Assembly (NCBI GenBank): GCA_050633305.1
Contig: JBOEGF010000022.1
Coordinates: 64,001-128,000, forward strand
Direction: 5' to 3'
Source: Nannocystales bacterium
GTDB taxonomy: Bacteria; Myxococcota_A; Polyangia; Nannocystales; Nannocystaceae
DNA: 64,000 bases
The notes under the pieces are model-generated. The model searched no databases. It was not told the DNA's origin and saw only the letters and a program-made list of their open reading frames with translations. Each line of letters opens with the position of its first letter. The first letter of the stretch is position 1. The position numbers and the translations under genes are program-made. Of this stretch, positions 1 through 9,214 are shown one piece after another.

Positions 1-1
1 C

Positions 2-1258
2 ACGGACGAGCCGGGCGCGGCGCAAGAATAGGACCAGGCTAATGCCGACGCCGAGGTAGATCGCGACGTCCAACGAGAACGCCCAGGTCCCGAACATGGT
101 CGCGAAAAAGGCGGCCGCATCTTCGTGCGAGCTTCGGACCGCGGCGCGGATCCGCCGGACGTCGATGAGGTCGTAGGCGACCACGAACATCAGACCGGCC
201 AGGCTCGCGACGGGTGTGTGGTTGAGCAGCGGACCCAATGTGGCAAGCGCCCCCAGCATCATGAGGCCGCCGAAAACTCCCGACATGCGGGTACGCGCGC
301 CGGCGCGCTCGTTCAGCGAGGACCGGGCCAAGCTTCCGCTGATCGGATACCCGCCGAAGAACGCGGCCGCGAGGTTGGCCAAGCCCTGGCCGAAGAACTC
401 GGTGGACGCATCGAGGCGGGACCCTGTTCGGGAGGCGGCCGAGCGCGCGACGCTGCTGGACTCGACGAGCGAGAGCACAGCGCACGCGACCGCCAACGGG
501 ATCAAACTTGGCGCCAAGCTGAGGTCGGGGACGGTCAGCGATGGGAATCCTGAAGGGATGGGTGCGAGGTCGGAGACGACCGCCAACCCGTGGCGCTCGA
601 GACCGAACACGAGGTTGGCCACCAGTCCCAGCCCCATGGCCACGATCGCGCCAGGGATCCGCTTGCCGCCTCGCTTCTCGGCCCATCGGGCCGCGATGAC
701 CAGCACTACGGTGGCGAGCGTGACGCCCACCGCCATCCCGCTCGCTTCGCCGAGCTGGTCCAGCCAACCACGGGTCGTGACCCAGATCCGGCCCCCGGGG
801 CCGGAGGTTCCTGTGGCGTTGTGCAACTGTCCGAACCCGATGAGCACGCCCGCCCCGGTGATGTATCCGAGCACGACGGCGGTCGAGATGAAGTCCACGA
901 GCGCGCCGAGACGGAGCAGACCGGAGGCGGCCTGAAACACGCCCACCAGCAGCGCGAGGGTCAGCGCCGTCGCGACCGGGTCGACTCCCATCTTGTCTGC
1001 CATGCCTGCGCCGACAAGGAGGCTCAGCGCGTTGGTAGGCCCGGCGATGACCAAGGGGGAGCTGCGAAACAGCGAGCCCACGATCGCGGGGATGGTCGCG
1101 GCGTAGAGGCCCACGACAGGCGGAAGCCCTGCGATCGTCGCGTAGGCCAGACCCTGCGGGACGCCGAGGAACAGCACGGTGAACGCCGCCAGCATGTCCG
1201 GCCCCAAGGCGTCCTTGGGGTATCGACGCAGTGGGGGGAGGGGAAGCCAGCGAGGCAT
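2..1258 (-). CDS. SulP family inorganic anion (sulfate/bicarbonate) permease, 3' end truncated by window edge
   Basis: Minus-strand frame not in the ORF track (no stop inside the window) reads MPRWLPLPPLRRYPKDALGPDMLAAFTVLFLGVPQGLAYATIAGLPPVVGLYAATIPAIVGSLFRSS..GPTNA, the classic SulP N-terminal signature. Later segments also fit (EFFGQGLAN, YPISGSLARS). Confidence 0.9.
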   Translation of the reverse strand, partial: MPRWLPLPPLRRYPKDALGPDMLAAFTVLFLGVPQGLAYATIAGLPPVVGLYAATIPAIVGSLFRSSPLVIAGPTNALSLLVGAGMADKMGVDPVATALTLALLVGVFQAASGLLRLGALVDFISTAVVLGYITGAGVLIGFGQLHNATGTSGPGGRIWVTTRGWLDQLGEASGMAVGVTLATVVLVIAARWAEKRGGKRIPGAIVAMGLGLVANLVFGLERHGLAVVSDLAPIPSGFPSLTVPDLSLAPSLIPLAVACAVLSLVESSSVARSAASRTGSRLDASTEFFGQGLANLAAAFFGGYPISGSLARSSLNERAGARTRMSGVFGGLMMLGALATLGPLLNHTPVASLAGLMFVVAYDLIDVRRIRAAVRSSHEDAAAFFATMFGTWAFSLDVAIYLGVGISLVLFLRRARLVR

Positions 1259-1362
1259 GAGGAGCGAGGCCGCGTTTCAACGTTGCAACGCGATTGGAAC
1301 AGACCATGCGACGTGCCTGCCCGAGAAGGTTCGAGGGACGCCGCTGCGCCTATTCTACGCGT

Positions 1363-1379
1363 CCGGCCCATTCCTTGCA
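1363..1379 (+). promoter_or_regulatory. Putative sigma-54 (-24/-12) promoter of the oxidoreductase operon
   Basis: CGGCCCATTCCTTGCA: GG at 1365-66 and GC at 1377-78 are separated by exactly 10 nt, with TTGCA at -12, just upstream of the GTG at 1396. Confidence 0.5.
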
Positions 1380-1395
1380 CAATCTGAGCCCACGC

Positions 1396-3042
1396 GTGAA
1401 CTACGGCTTCGTCATCGACAACCGCAAGTGCATCGGATGCCACGCGTGTTCCACCGCTTGCAAGAGCGAGAACGAGGTCCCGCTCGGCGTGAGCCGGACG
1501 TGGGTGAAGTATGTCGAGCAGGGCGCCTATCCCGACGTTCGCCGCAGCTTTCAGGTCAACCGTTGCAACCACTGCGAAAACCCGCCGTGTGTCCGAATCT
1601 GCCCGGTCACGGCCATGGTCCAGCGCGACGACGGCATCGTGGAGTTCGACCCGGGAACGTGCATCGGGTGCAAGGCCTGTATGCAGGCGTGCCCGTACGA
1701 TGCGATCTACGTGGACCCGGACCGCGGCACGGTCGCAAAGTGTCACTACTGTGCACATCGAGTCGACGTGGGACTCGAGCCCGCATGTGCGGTCGTCTGC
1801 CCCACGCATGCGATCATCGCGGGCGACCTCGACGATCCGACCTCCGAGATCGCCAAGCTTGCGGCCGGGAATGCAACGACCGTGCGCAAGCCCGAACAGG
1901 GCACCCGGCCGAAGGTGCTCTACATCGAGGGCGACGACCTTGCGATGCACCCCACCGCTGTCGGGACGCCCGAGCACATGATGTGGTCCGATGTTGTGGG
2001 CGAGCACCGCAGCGCACCCGCGAAGCGTCTTCCGGTCCTCGGGCAGGAGGTGCGCCGGGGCAGCGAGGGTCAGGCGCCGATGCGAGCCCCCCAGCCGCAG
2101 GGGCAACCGGCGGGCGGACCCATCCGCGGAGCCGGCACGCTGGCCGAGCACATGGTCCAGGTGGCCTACAACGCGCAGCACAAGATCCCGTGGCACTGGC
2201 CGGTGCCCGCCTACCTGGTGACCAAAGGCATCGCGACGGGCATCTTCTTGTTGCTGACCCTGGGCTTCGGGTTGGGCCTCTTCCCGGTCAGCACAGAAGC
2301 CGTGGCGGTCGGCGGCTTGGTCAGCGTGCTGATGACGCTGCTGACCACTGCGTTGTTGGTCTATGACTTGGAGCGGCCGGAGCGATTCTTGTCCATCCTG
2401 CTACGACCGCAGTGGAAGAGCTGGCTGACGCGGGGGGCCTTCCTGCTCGTCGCGTTTTCCACGGTCTCGGGGTTGTGGGTCGCGGGGGCGATCTTGGAGA
2501 CGCTCGACGTATGGACGATTCCGGCCGGAGTCACGGTGATGCTCACCTGGGTGACGTTGCCGCTGGCATTGGGCGCGGCCATCTACACCGCGTTTCTGTT
2601 TGCGCAGGCAGAGGGACGTGACCTGTGGCAGAGCCCCTTGCTGCCGATCCATCTGCTGGTTCAGGCGCTGATGATGGGGGCGGGCACCATGCTGGTCCTT
2701 GGGCTTGCCATCGAGCTTCCACCACGGTTGGTCGAAGTGAGCGGCGCGACGTTCACCGTGTGTGTCGTCCTCGATCTGATGATGCTGATGCTCGGCGAGT
2801 TCGGCATCCCGCACGCCAGCGAAATCGCTGCGCGTGCAGCCCACGAAATCTCGCGGGGCCGATACAAAAATCGCTTCTGGTGGGGTGCCATCGCGCTCGG
2901 CCACGGTGTCCCGTTGGCGGTGATGGTGCTCGGACCCCCTGGGCTCGCCCTCGCAGCGTTGAGTCTCGGCTGCGCGGGCATGGGCCTGTACCTCTACGAG
3001 CACGCCTTCGTCATGGCGCCGCAGGAGATTCCAAACTCATGA
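1396..3042 (+). CDS. Fused 4x[4Fe-4S] ferredoxin (DmsB/NrfC-like) + NrfD/PsrC membrane anchor subunit
   Basis: CIGCHACSTAC, CNHCENPPCVRIC, CIGCKACMQACP and KCHYC..PAC..VCP motifs, followed by a multi-TM NrfD-type domain (WHWPVPAYL, DLERPERF..SW). Likely start is GTG 1396. Confidence 0.9.
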   Translation: MNYGFVIDNRKCIGCHACSTACKSENEVPLGVSRTWVKYVEQGAYPDVRRSFQVNRCNHCENPPCVRICPVTAMVQRDDGIVEFDPGTCIGCKACMQACPYDAIYVDPDRGTVAKCHYCAHRVDVGLEPACAVVCPTHAIIAGDLDDPTSEIAKLAAGNATTVRKPEQGTRPKVLYIEGDDLAMHPTAVGTPEHMMWSDVVGEHRSAPAKRLPVLGQEVRRGSEGQAPMRAPQPQGQPAGGPIRGAGTLAEHMVQVAYNAQHKIPWHWPVPAYLVTKGIATGIFLLLTLGFGLGLFPVSTEAVAVGGLVSVLMTLLTTALLVYDLERPERFLSILLRPQWKSWLTRGAFLLVAFSTVSGLWVAGAILETLDVWTIPAGVTVMLTWVTLPLALGAAIYTAFLFAQAEGRDLWQSPLLPIHLLVQALMMGAGTMLVLGLAIELPPRLVEVSGATFTVCVVLDLMMLMLGEFGIPHASEIAARAAHEISRGRYKNRFWWGAIALGHGVPLAVMVLGPPGLALAALSLGCAGMGLYLYEHAFVMAPQEIPNS

Positions 3043-5960
3043 CCGACCTCGCGACCTCGGTGGCCAACTTCCTGGGCGCGCTCTTCGGCCGCGCTCCTGA
3101 GACCAACGACGACTCACAGGAGCCGAGCAACGTTGCGGGGGAGGCATTGCCCGGGTTCTCGACCACGTCGGTCGAGCCGACCGAGCTCACACATGTCCAG
3201 CACCCCGACGGCCGCATGAGCACGTATCCCCCGGCCCACGCCTGGGACGATTGGGTGGAGTGGGACTCCAAAGCCTGGCCGCAACGCAAGGCTCGCCACT
3301 ACGCGTTGGTGCCCACGATCTGCTTCAACTGCGAGTCCGGCTGCGGGCTGATGGCGTACGTCGACAAGAAGACGTTCGAGATCCGCAAGTTCGAAGGCAA
3401 CCCGGTGCACCCCGGGAGTCGGGGCCGCAACTGCGCGAAGGGGCCTGCCACCCACAACCAAATCTACGATCCCGAGCGCATCTTGTATCCGCTCAAGCGG
3501 GTCGGAAAACGCGGCGAGGGCAAGTGGGAGCGGGTGAGCTGGGATGACGCGCTGGAAGACATCGGCGCCCGAATGCGGGAGAGCCGAAAGAAGCGACGCG
3601 ACGGCATCATGTACCACGTGGGGCGTCCGGGCGAGGACCACTACACCAACCGGTGCATCACCGCGTGGGGGGTCGACGGACACAACAGCCACACCAACAT
3701 CTGCTCGGCGGGTGCACGTGCCGGGTACGCGTTTTGGACGGGCATGGACCGGCCCAGCCCCGACCACGCCAACGCTCGGGTCATCCTGCTGATCTCCAGC
3801 CATCTCGAGACGGGGCACTACTTCAACCCGCACGCCCAGCGGATCATGGAGGCCAAGCTGGGCGGCGCGAAGATCATCACGATGGATCCGCGCCTGTCGA
3901 ACACAGCCTCGCGCTCGGATGTTTGGTTGCCGACGTGGCCGGGATCCGAGGCGACCGTGCTGTTGTCGATCGCTAGCTTCTTGATCCGGCGCCGGACCTA
4001 CAACCGCGAATTCATGAAGCGGTGGGTGAACTGGGATGAGTTCCTGGCATCGGCCCCGAGCGCACCGGGGATGCCGCAACTCCCCGCACCCGAGCCCGGC
4101 GAAGAGGGCACGTTTGCGTACTTCGAGCGCTGCCTCGAGGTCTGCTACGCAGGCTTCACGTTTGAGCGTGCTGCCGAGGAAGCACAGGTTCCGATCGAGC
4201 GCATCGAGGAGACGGCGCGGCTGATCGAGGCGGCGGGGGACAAGCTCGCGGCCCATACGTGGCGGGCGGCGTCGATTGGAAACCTCGGCGGGTGGCAGGT
4301 ATCGCGGTGCTTGTTCTTCCTCAACGTGCTGACCGGATCCGTCGGGACGCCGGGCGGAACATCGATGAACGCGTGGAACAAGTTCGTGCCCAAGCCGTTC
4401 AAGCAGCCGCCTGCGTTCAACGCCTGGAACGAACTCCATCTGCCGCAGGAGTGGCCGATGTCCTTCTTCGAGATGAGCTTCTTGCTCCCGCACTTCCTCG
4501 AGGAAGACCGCGGGGACATCGATGTGTACTTCACCCGGGTCTACAACCCGATGTGGATCAACCCCGATGGATTCATGTGGCTGCGGGCGTTGCAGGACAC
4601 CGAGAAAATGAAGTTCCACGTTGCGCTCACGCCCACCTGGAATGAGTCGGCGTGGTTTGCGGACTACGTGCTGCCGATGGGGCACTCCGGCGAACGCCAC
4701 GACATCATGAGTCAAGAAACCCATGCCGGAAAGTGGATCGGGTTTCGGCAACCCGTTCGCCGGGTCGCGATGGAGCGGGCGGGCAAGAAGGTCCGGTTCA
4801 CGCACGAAGCGAACCCGGGCGAGGTTTGGGAGGAGGCCGAGTTCTGGGTGGAGGTTTCGGGGCGTATGGACCCCGATGGATCGCTGGGGATTCGGGAGTG
4901 GTTCGAGAGCCCTGAGCGTCCGGGCGAGTTGGTCAGCCAAGACGAGTACTGGAAGTGGATCTTCGATCACTCGGTGCCCGGGCTCCCGAAGGCCGCCGAG
5001 GCACAGGGGCTGGACACGCTGCAGTACATGCGGAAGTACGGGTGCTTCGAGGTCACCAGCTCGAACTACGTGCCGTACGAGCGTGAGGTCTCCGAAGGGG
5101 GCGTGGAGATCGACGGCGTCCTGCGGGAGGGCTTCAAGACGCCAAGCAAGAAGCTCGAGCTGTACAGCCCCACGCTTCGGGACTGGGGGTGGCCCGAGGT
5201 GGAGCACGTGCTGCCGTGGACCCTGCAGAGCCACGTCGCCCCCGAGAACATCGACCGCGATGGCGGGGAAATGCTGTTGCTCCCCACATTCCGGCTGCCC
5301 ACGCTGATCCACACCCGCTCGGCCAATGCGAAGTGGCTGTACGAGATCAGCCACGCCAACCCGGTGTGGATGCACGTGTCCGATGCCGCGCGGCTTGGCG
5401 TTGTGACCGGGGACCTGCTGCGGGTCGAAACCGAGATCGGGTACTTCATCGACAAGGTCTGGGTGACCGAGGGCATCAAGCCTGGCGTGATCGCGATGAG
5501 CCACCACCTGGGCCGCTGGAGGCTCAAGGACGACATGGGCGGGAGCCCGGGGATGACTGCGCTTGCCGAACTCGAAGACCGAGGTGGCGGGGAACAGGCG
5601 CTCCATATCGTCAAGCAGGGAAGCGCTTGGGAGACCTTCGACCCAGACACGTCGAGGATCTGGTGGAAGGATGTGGGCGTGCATCAGAACCTCACCCATG
5701 GTGTGCACCCAGACCCGATCTCGGGCGCGCACTGTTGGCTGCAGCGGGCGCTCAACGTGCGCAAGGCTCGAGAAGGGGAGCGCCACGGAGACGTCGTGGT
5801 GGACACCCGCAAGTCGATGGAGGTTTATCGTTCGTGGCGGAACCTTGCCCGCTGCGCTCGGGAGCACAGCCCCGATGGCACCCGTCGGCCAATGTGGCTC
5901 AAGCGTCCACTCAAGCCCGTGCCCGAGGCGTATCTGCTTCCGGAGCGTGAGGAGAGCTGA
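3039..5960 (+). CDS. Molybdopterin (Mo/W-bisPGD) oxidoreductase catalytic subunit, DMSO-reductase superfamily (Ttr/Psr/Arr-like branch)
   Basis: FS0 motif CFNCESGC..NCAKG, RILYPLKRVG.RGEGKWERVSWDDAL, putative Cys Mo-ligand in HNSHTNICS, ADYVLP, and C-terminal HTRS..NPVWMH domain. ATG overlaps the upstream TGA (ATGA). Confidence 0.92.
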   Translation: MTDLATSVANFLGALFGRAPETNDDSQEPSNVAGEALPGFSTTSVEPTELTHVQHPDGRMSTYPPAHAWDDWVEWDSKAWPQRKARHYALVPTICFNCESGCGLMAYVDKKTFEIRKFEGNPVHPGSRGRNCAKGPATHNQIYDPERILYPLKRVGKRGEGKWERVSWDDALEDIGARMRESRKKRRDGIMYHVGRPGEDHYTNRCITAWGVDGHNSHTNICSAGARAGYAFWTGMDRPSPDHANARVILLISSHLETGHYFNPHAQRIMEAKLGGAKIITMDPRLSNTASRSDVWLPTWPGSEATVLLSIASFLIRRRTYNREFMKRWVNWDEFLASAPSAPGMPQLPAPEPGEEGTFAYFERCLEVCYAGFTFERAAEEAQVPIERIEETARLIEAAGDKLAAHTWRAASIGNLGGWQVSRCLFFLNVLTGSVGTPGGTSMNAWNKFVPKPFKQPPAFNAWNELHLPQEWPMSFFEMSFLLPHFLEEDRGDIDVYFTRVYNPMWINPDGFMWLRALQDTEKMKFHVALTPTWNESAWFADYVLPMGHSGERHDIMSQETHAGKWIGFRQPVRRVAMERAGKKVRFTHEANPGEVWEEAEFWVEVSGRMDPDGSLGIREWFESPERPGELVSQDEYWKWIFDHSVPGLPKAAEAQGLDTLQYMRKYGCFEVTSSNYVPYEREVSEGGVEIDGVLREGFKTPSKKLELYSPTLRDWGWPEVEHVLPWTLQSHVAPENIDRDGGEMLLLPTFRLPTLIHTRSANAKWLYEISHANPVWMHVSDAARLGVVTGDLLRVETEIGYFIDKVWVTEGIKPGVIAMSHHLGRWRLKDDMGGSPGMTALAELEDRGGGEQALHIVKQGSAWETFDPDTSRIWWKDVGVHQNLTHGVHPDPISGAHCWLQRALNVRKAREGERHGDVVVDTRKSMEVYRSWRNLARCAREHSPDGTRRPMWLKRPLKPVPEAYLLPEREES

Positions 5961-5962
5961 GC

Positions 5963-6832
5963 GTGGTCACGACGGATGCCCAGCGGGTTCGCGGGTACCG
6001 AGTCCTCGCCCGGCTGCTTGAGGATGGGGCCGCGGGCGTCCCGGCCGAGATCGCGGCCGTGTTCGACGCATCCGCCGACCCTGGCGAGCTCCGCAGTCAG
6101 TACGTGGCCGCGTTCGATCTGGGCGTGCCCCCGTACGCGAGCGTGTTCCTGGAGTCGGACCGGTGTGTTGGTGGGCAGGTGACCGCCGCCTTGGCCGACC
6201 GCATGGAGACGGGCGCGGCGACAGGACCGGCCGCATGTCACCTTGCCGTGCAGCTCGAACACGTTGCGAGGCGGCTCGAGGCTGGGGACGGGGAGGAGGC
6301 GGTCGCGTTCCTTCGCGAAGCCTTGTTGGCGTGGCTGCCAGCCTTGGCTGTGGTCCTCGAAGACCAGCCGGTTCCCTTCTGGCGGACGGTGGTCTCCCAG
6401 GCCCTTGACCTCGCGGCTGACCATTCGAGGAAACCGGAGGCTTCGGCGGCGGGGATGAGGCCCGCGGTTGTGCCGCCTCCGCTTGGGGATGCGTCGGGCC
6501 TCTCGGACATCGCCGCATGGCTCGCCACCCCATCGGCGGTCGGCACGTTCATCTCCGACGCCGATGTCGTGGCAATCGGCCGAATCCTCCGCGTCCCACG
6601 GGGATTTGGGACTCGTGCCCAGCGTATCGAAACGCTGTTGCGTTCGGCAGCGGACTACGGCTGCGTGGCGAGCACGGCGGACGCTCTGGCCGACTTGCTG
6701 TCGCGACGGCGTCAGTCGTTGCTTGTGGTGGCCCAGACCCACGCTTTGGCGGAGTTGGTCGCCCCGTGGGTGGAGCGGCTGGGTGGAGGGCTCGGCGTAC
6801 TCCAGGCGCTTCGTGACGGATCGACTGACTGA
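5963..6832 (+). CDS. TorD/DmsD-family molybdoenzyme maturation chaperone
   Basis: VPPYASVFL and HLAVQLE..FLREALLAWLP motifs; lies directly after the Mo-enzyme gene. Confidence 0.75.
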   Translation: MVTTDAQRVRGYRVLARLLEDGAAGVPAEIAAVFDASADPGELRSQYVAAFDLGVPPYASVFLESDRCVGGQVTAALADRMETGAATGPAACHLAVQLEHVARRLEAGDGEEAVAFLREALLAWLPALAVVLEDQPVPFWRTVVSQALDLAADHSRKPEASAAGMRPAVVPPPLGDASGLSDIAAWLATPSAVGTFISDADVVAIGRILRVPRGFGTRAQRIETLLRSAADYGCVASTADALADLLSRRRQSLLVVAQTHALAELVAPWVERLGGGLGVLQALRDGSTD

Positions 6833-6873
6833 CCAGGCCTGCGTCCGCCTGGACCTGGTGGTCGCCGCTGGGT

Positions 6874-7527
6874 TCAGGTCCAGTGGATCGCAAAGTCGAC
6901 CGAGGTCATCTCGAACCCCGCGCTGTCCGGCTCGCGCTTCGCCTCGCGGATCTCGGTGCGGACGTCTTTGGCTCCGTTGACGGTCATCACGTGTTGGACA
7001 AACGCGCTGGTGACGATTCGAAACCAAGGGACCATCAGGACTGGGATGCCGTGCATTCGGGTCGCGGTTCGGCCTGGGCTCCGCTGCACTGTATCGAGCG
7101 TGAGGAAGTCGAAGTACGAAATCGCGACGCCGGGCAGTCGTGATGCGACACGGTCCGGGTTGGCGAGCTGGACCAAGAGCCGCCGAACGAATCGAAGGTC
7201 TTTGTCGACTTGGTCCTTGGCCCGAGTCCGAACGAACTCCTCGAAGCCAACCCCCGCGACGTTTGCACAAGCGTGCCCCATCGCGATGAGGGGAAACACG
7301 TCATACCAGCCGCCCGCCAGGAACAAGGTCGAGAAGAAGGGGTGTCCTCGCAATGAGCGGAGCGCGTCGCCTTGGGCCTGGAGCCCGCCGGGGAGTCGCT
7401 CCCGGACGTATTGCTGGTGAAAGACGTAGCTGGTGCCGCGCACACGAAAGGGTGATTCGCCCGGGGCGGCCGAAACTCGTTCGTAGAAAGCCTCTGCATC
7501 TGAGGTTGCCGGCATCGAGTCTCCCAA
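6874..7527 (-). CDS. Myxobacterial hypothetical protein (DUF2378/TIGR02265-like, V4R-like fold)
   Basis: About 215 aa; FLAGGWYD..., RRLLVQLANPDRV pattern. Start may be ATG 7515. Confidence 0.6.
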   Translation of the reverse strand: MGDSMPATSDAEAFYERVSAAPGESPFRVRGTSYVFHQQYVRERLPGGLQAQGDALRSLRGHPFFSTLFLAGGWYDVFPLIAMGHACANVAGVGFEEFVRTRAKDQVDKDLRFVRRLLVQLANPDRVASRLPGVAISYFDFLTLDTVQRSPGRTATRMHGIPVLMVPWFRIVTSAFVQHVMTVNGAKDVRTEIREAKREPDSAGFEMTSVDFAIHWT

Positions 7528-7584
7528 CAGTAGCGAGAAGTCCCCGATGAGGAAAACCGAAGGGAAGCCGATGAGCGGGTCGTT

Positions 7585-8409
7585 TTAGTCCACGCACTGA
7601 AGAGGGGCGCGTGACGGAAGGACGACCGGCGGCTGCATCGACGCCCCCGGTTCGATTCGGGACTTGCACCCGAAGCTCATGATGCTCCCGCTGCATCGCC
7701 CCACAGCGCGGCCGAGCTCGGGCTGAACGAAACAGCTTCCGCCTGGATCGCACGTTCGAAGTCCGGGGCGGACGACCTCGAACCGTTCGAACATGCAGCT
7801 GCCCTGGCAATCGTTTCCGTCTGCGCAAAGGTTGCCGGCGTCGTTGGTGGAACAGTTGCAGCCCTCGACACTGGCCAGCCCTCGCACGTCCCACACCCCG
7901 TTGCAGGCCGTACACGCTCGAAGCGCCGCGTCTCGGGCGGTGTTGTCGATACGGAACTCGACCGGGTCTGTGTAGACGAGCCGCTCGCCCTCGCGCAGCG
8001 TCACGACCACGCTGCGAATGCCCGCTCGAAAGATCGGGGAGTCCTTCGTCCACAACGCGCCGGGGATCAACGTCGACTCCGCCGGCGTGAAGATCGTCGC
8101 GCCCTCGCCCTCGTGAACCCGCATTTCGACGAACTCCACGGATGAGGCCGTGCAGTTGCGAACGCTGAACGTCCCGGTCCCCGAGCAGTTTCGGTGTTCG
8201 TCCTCGCACCGCAAGTCGATCGGAGGGGCTGCCACAACCACTGCGTTCAACCCGTCGCAAGGATCGGGAGGTTCGCGCGGAGGTGCAGGGACTCGCTCGT
8301 CGAGCTGGCGTGCGGTGACCGGGGGCGGGGGGTCCTGGAGAGCCTCCATCTGCGGCGCGGATGGCCGGTGGCATCCAGCCACCGCCACGAACGCAAGGAA
8401 CCTACGCAT
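7585..8409 (-). CDS. Cys-rich putative lipoprotein
   Basis: MRRFLAFVAVAGC lipobox-like N-terminus; Cys-rich C-terminus (CNC.TNDAG..C.DG.DCQGSC). Confidence 0.6.
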   Translation of the reverse strand: MRRFLAFVAVAGCHRPSAPQMEALQDPPPPVTARQLDERVPAPPREPPDPCDGLNAVVVAAPPIDLRCEDEHRNCSGTGTFSVRNCTASSVEFVEMRVHEGEGATIFTPAESTLIPGALWTKDSPIFRAGIRSVVVTLREGERLVYTDPVEFRIDNTARDAALRACTACNGVWDVRGLASVEGCNCSTNDAGNLCADGNDCQGSCMFERFEVVRPGLRTCDPGGSCFVQPELGRAVGRCSGSIMSFGCKSRIEPGASMQPPVVLPSRAPLQCVD

Positions 8410-8457
8410 ACCTGGGCTGACAACCCCGGTCCGCGTAGGTTCCACGGTCGGGCGAAC

Positions 8458-9153
8458 TCACGCGCCGAGAACCGCTTCGATCGCTTTTCCAAGCTCGGCG
8501 AAGTCCGCCGGCTCCACCGCGGAGTACTGCACCTTGTTGCGGCTGTCGGAGAACATCACGGTGCGGCTCTTGGTGATGTTGTAGTAGTCCTCCCAGGTGT
8601 CGTTGGCACCGCCGTCCTCGGGTGCGGGGACGACGATGGGGAAGTCGACACCGAGCTCGGCCTTGAGGGCTTTGGCCTTGGCCTTGGCGGCCTCGGGGTC
8701 CTTCGGCGTGATGGCCTTGCCGTCTTCGATGTCGGTGATCACTGCGAACGCCTTGACCTTGTCCGCGCCGTACTTTTTGACGATCGCGTCGAGGTCTTTG
8801 AGGTCCTTGCGGAACGCCTCGTCGTCGGCCGTGCCCACTGCCATGAGCTTGGGGTTGCTGCCGTAGCGGCAGACTTGGCAATACTCCTCGCCGTCGTCGC
8901 AGTTGAGGATCTGGAACGCGCTGAGCTTGCCGCCCACCCCCAACCCGCTGTCGGCGAGCACCCGGTTGTCGACGGCTTTGTTGGATGCCTGTTTTGCGGA
9001 CGCTTCGTCCGGTGTGCCCTTGGCGGCCGTTTCCTTCGCGCCTTCGCCACCCTTGGCCTTGGCTTGGGTGTCATCCTTCTTCGCGTCTGCGTCGTTGCCG
9101 TCGCAGGCCGGCAGAAGAAGGGCAGCGGCCAACATCACAGAGATCCTGCTCAT
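8458..9153 (-). CDS. Lipoprotein with CxxC, probable thioredoxin-like fold
   Basis: MSRISVMLAAALLLPAC lipobox, Lys/Ala-rich linker, then YCQVCRYG and an alpha/beta pattern. Strong GC3 bias. Confidence 0.7.
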   Translation of the reverse strand: MSRISVMLAAALLLPACDGNDADAKKDDTQAKAKGGEGAKETAAKGTPDEASAKQASNKAVDNRVLADSGLGVGGKLSAFQILNCDDGEEYCQVCRYGSNPKLMAVGTADDEAFRKDLKDLDAIVKKYGADKVKAFAVITDIEDGKAITPKDPEAAKAKAKALKAELGVDFPIVVPAPEDGGANDTWEDYYNITKSRTVMFSDSRNKVQYSAVEPADFAELGKAIEAVLGA

Positions 9154-9214
9154 GGACGCCAGGATGACCCGGGCAGCCCCCACAGACCAGGCTCGGTGCT
9201 GTATCGTCCCGCCC

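Noticed and set aside
39..1307. 422-aa minus-strand ORF in the track
   Set aside because: Arg/Gly-rich off-frame shadow; the SulP motifs are in a different frame that runs off the window edge.
3114..5867. 917-aa antisense ORF (and similar long antisense ORFs at 9071, 10729, 12612, 30905, 40940, 58246)
   Set aside because: Antisense shadows of well-supported genes, expected at high GC; no motifs.
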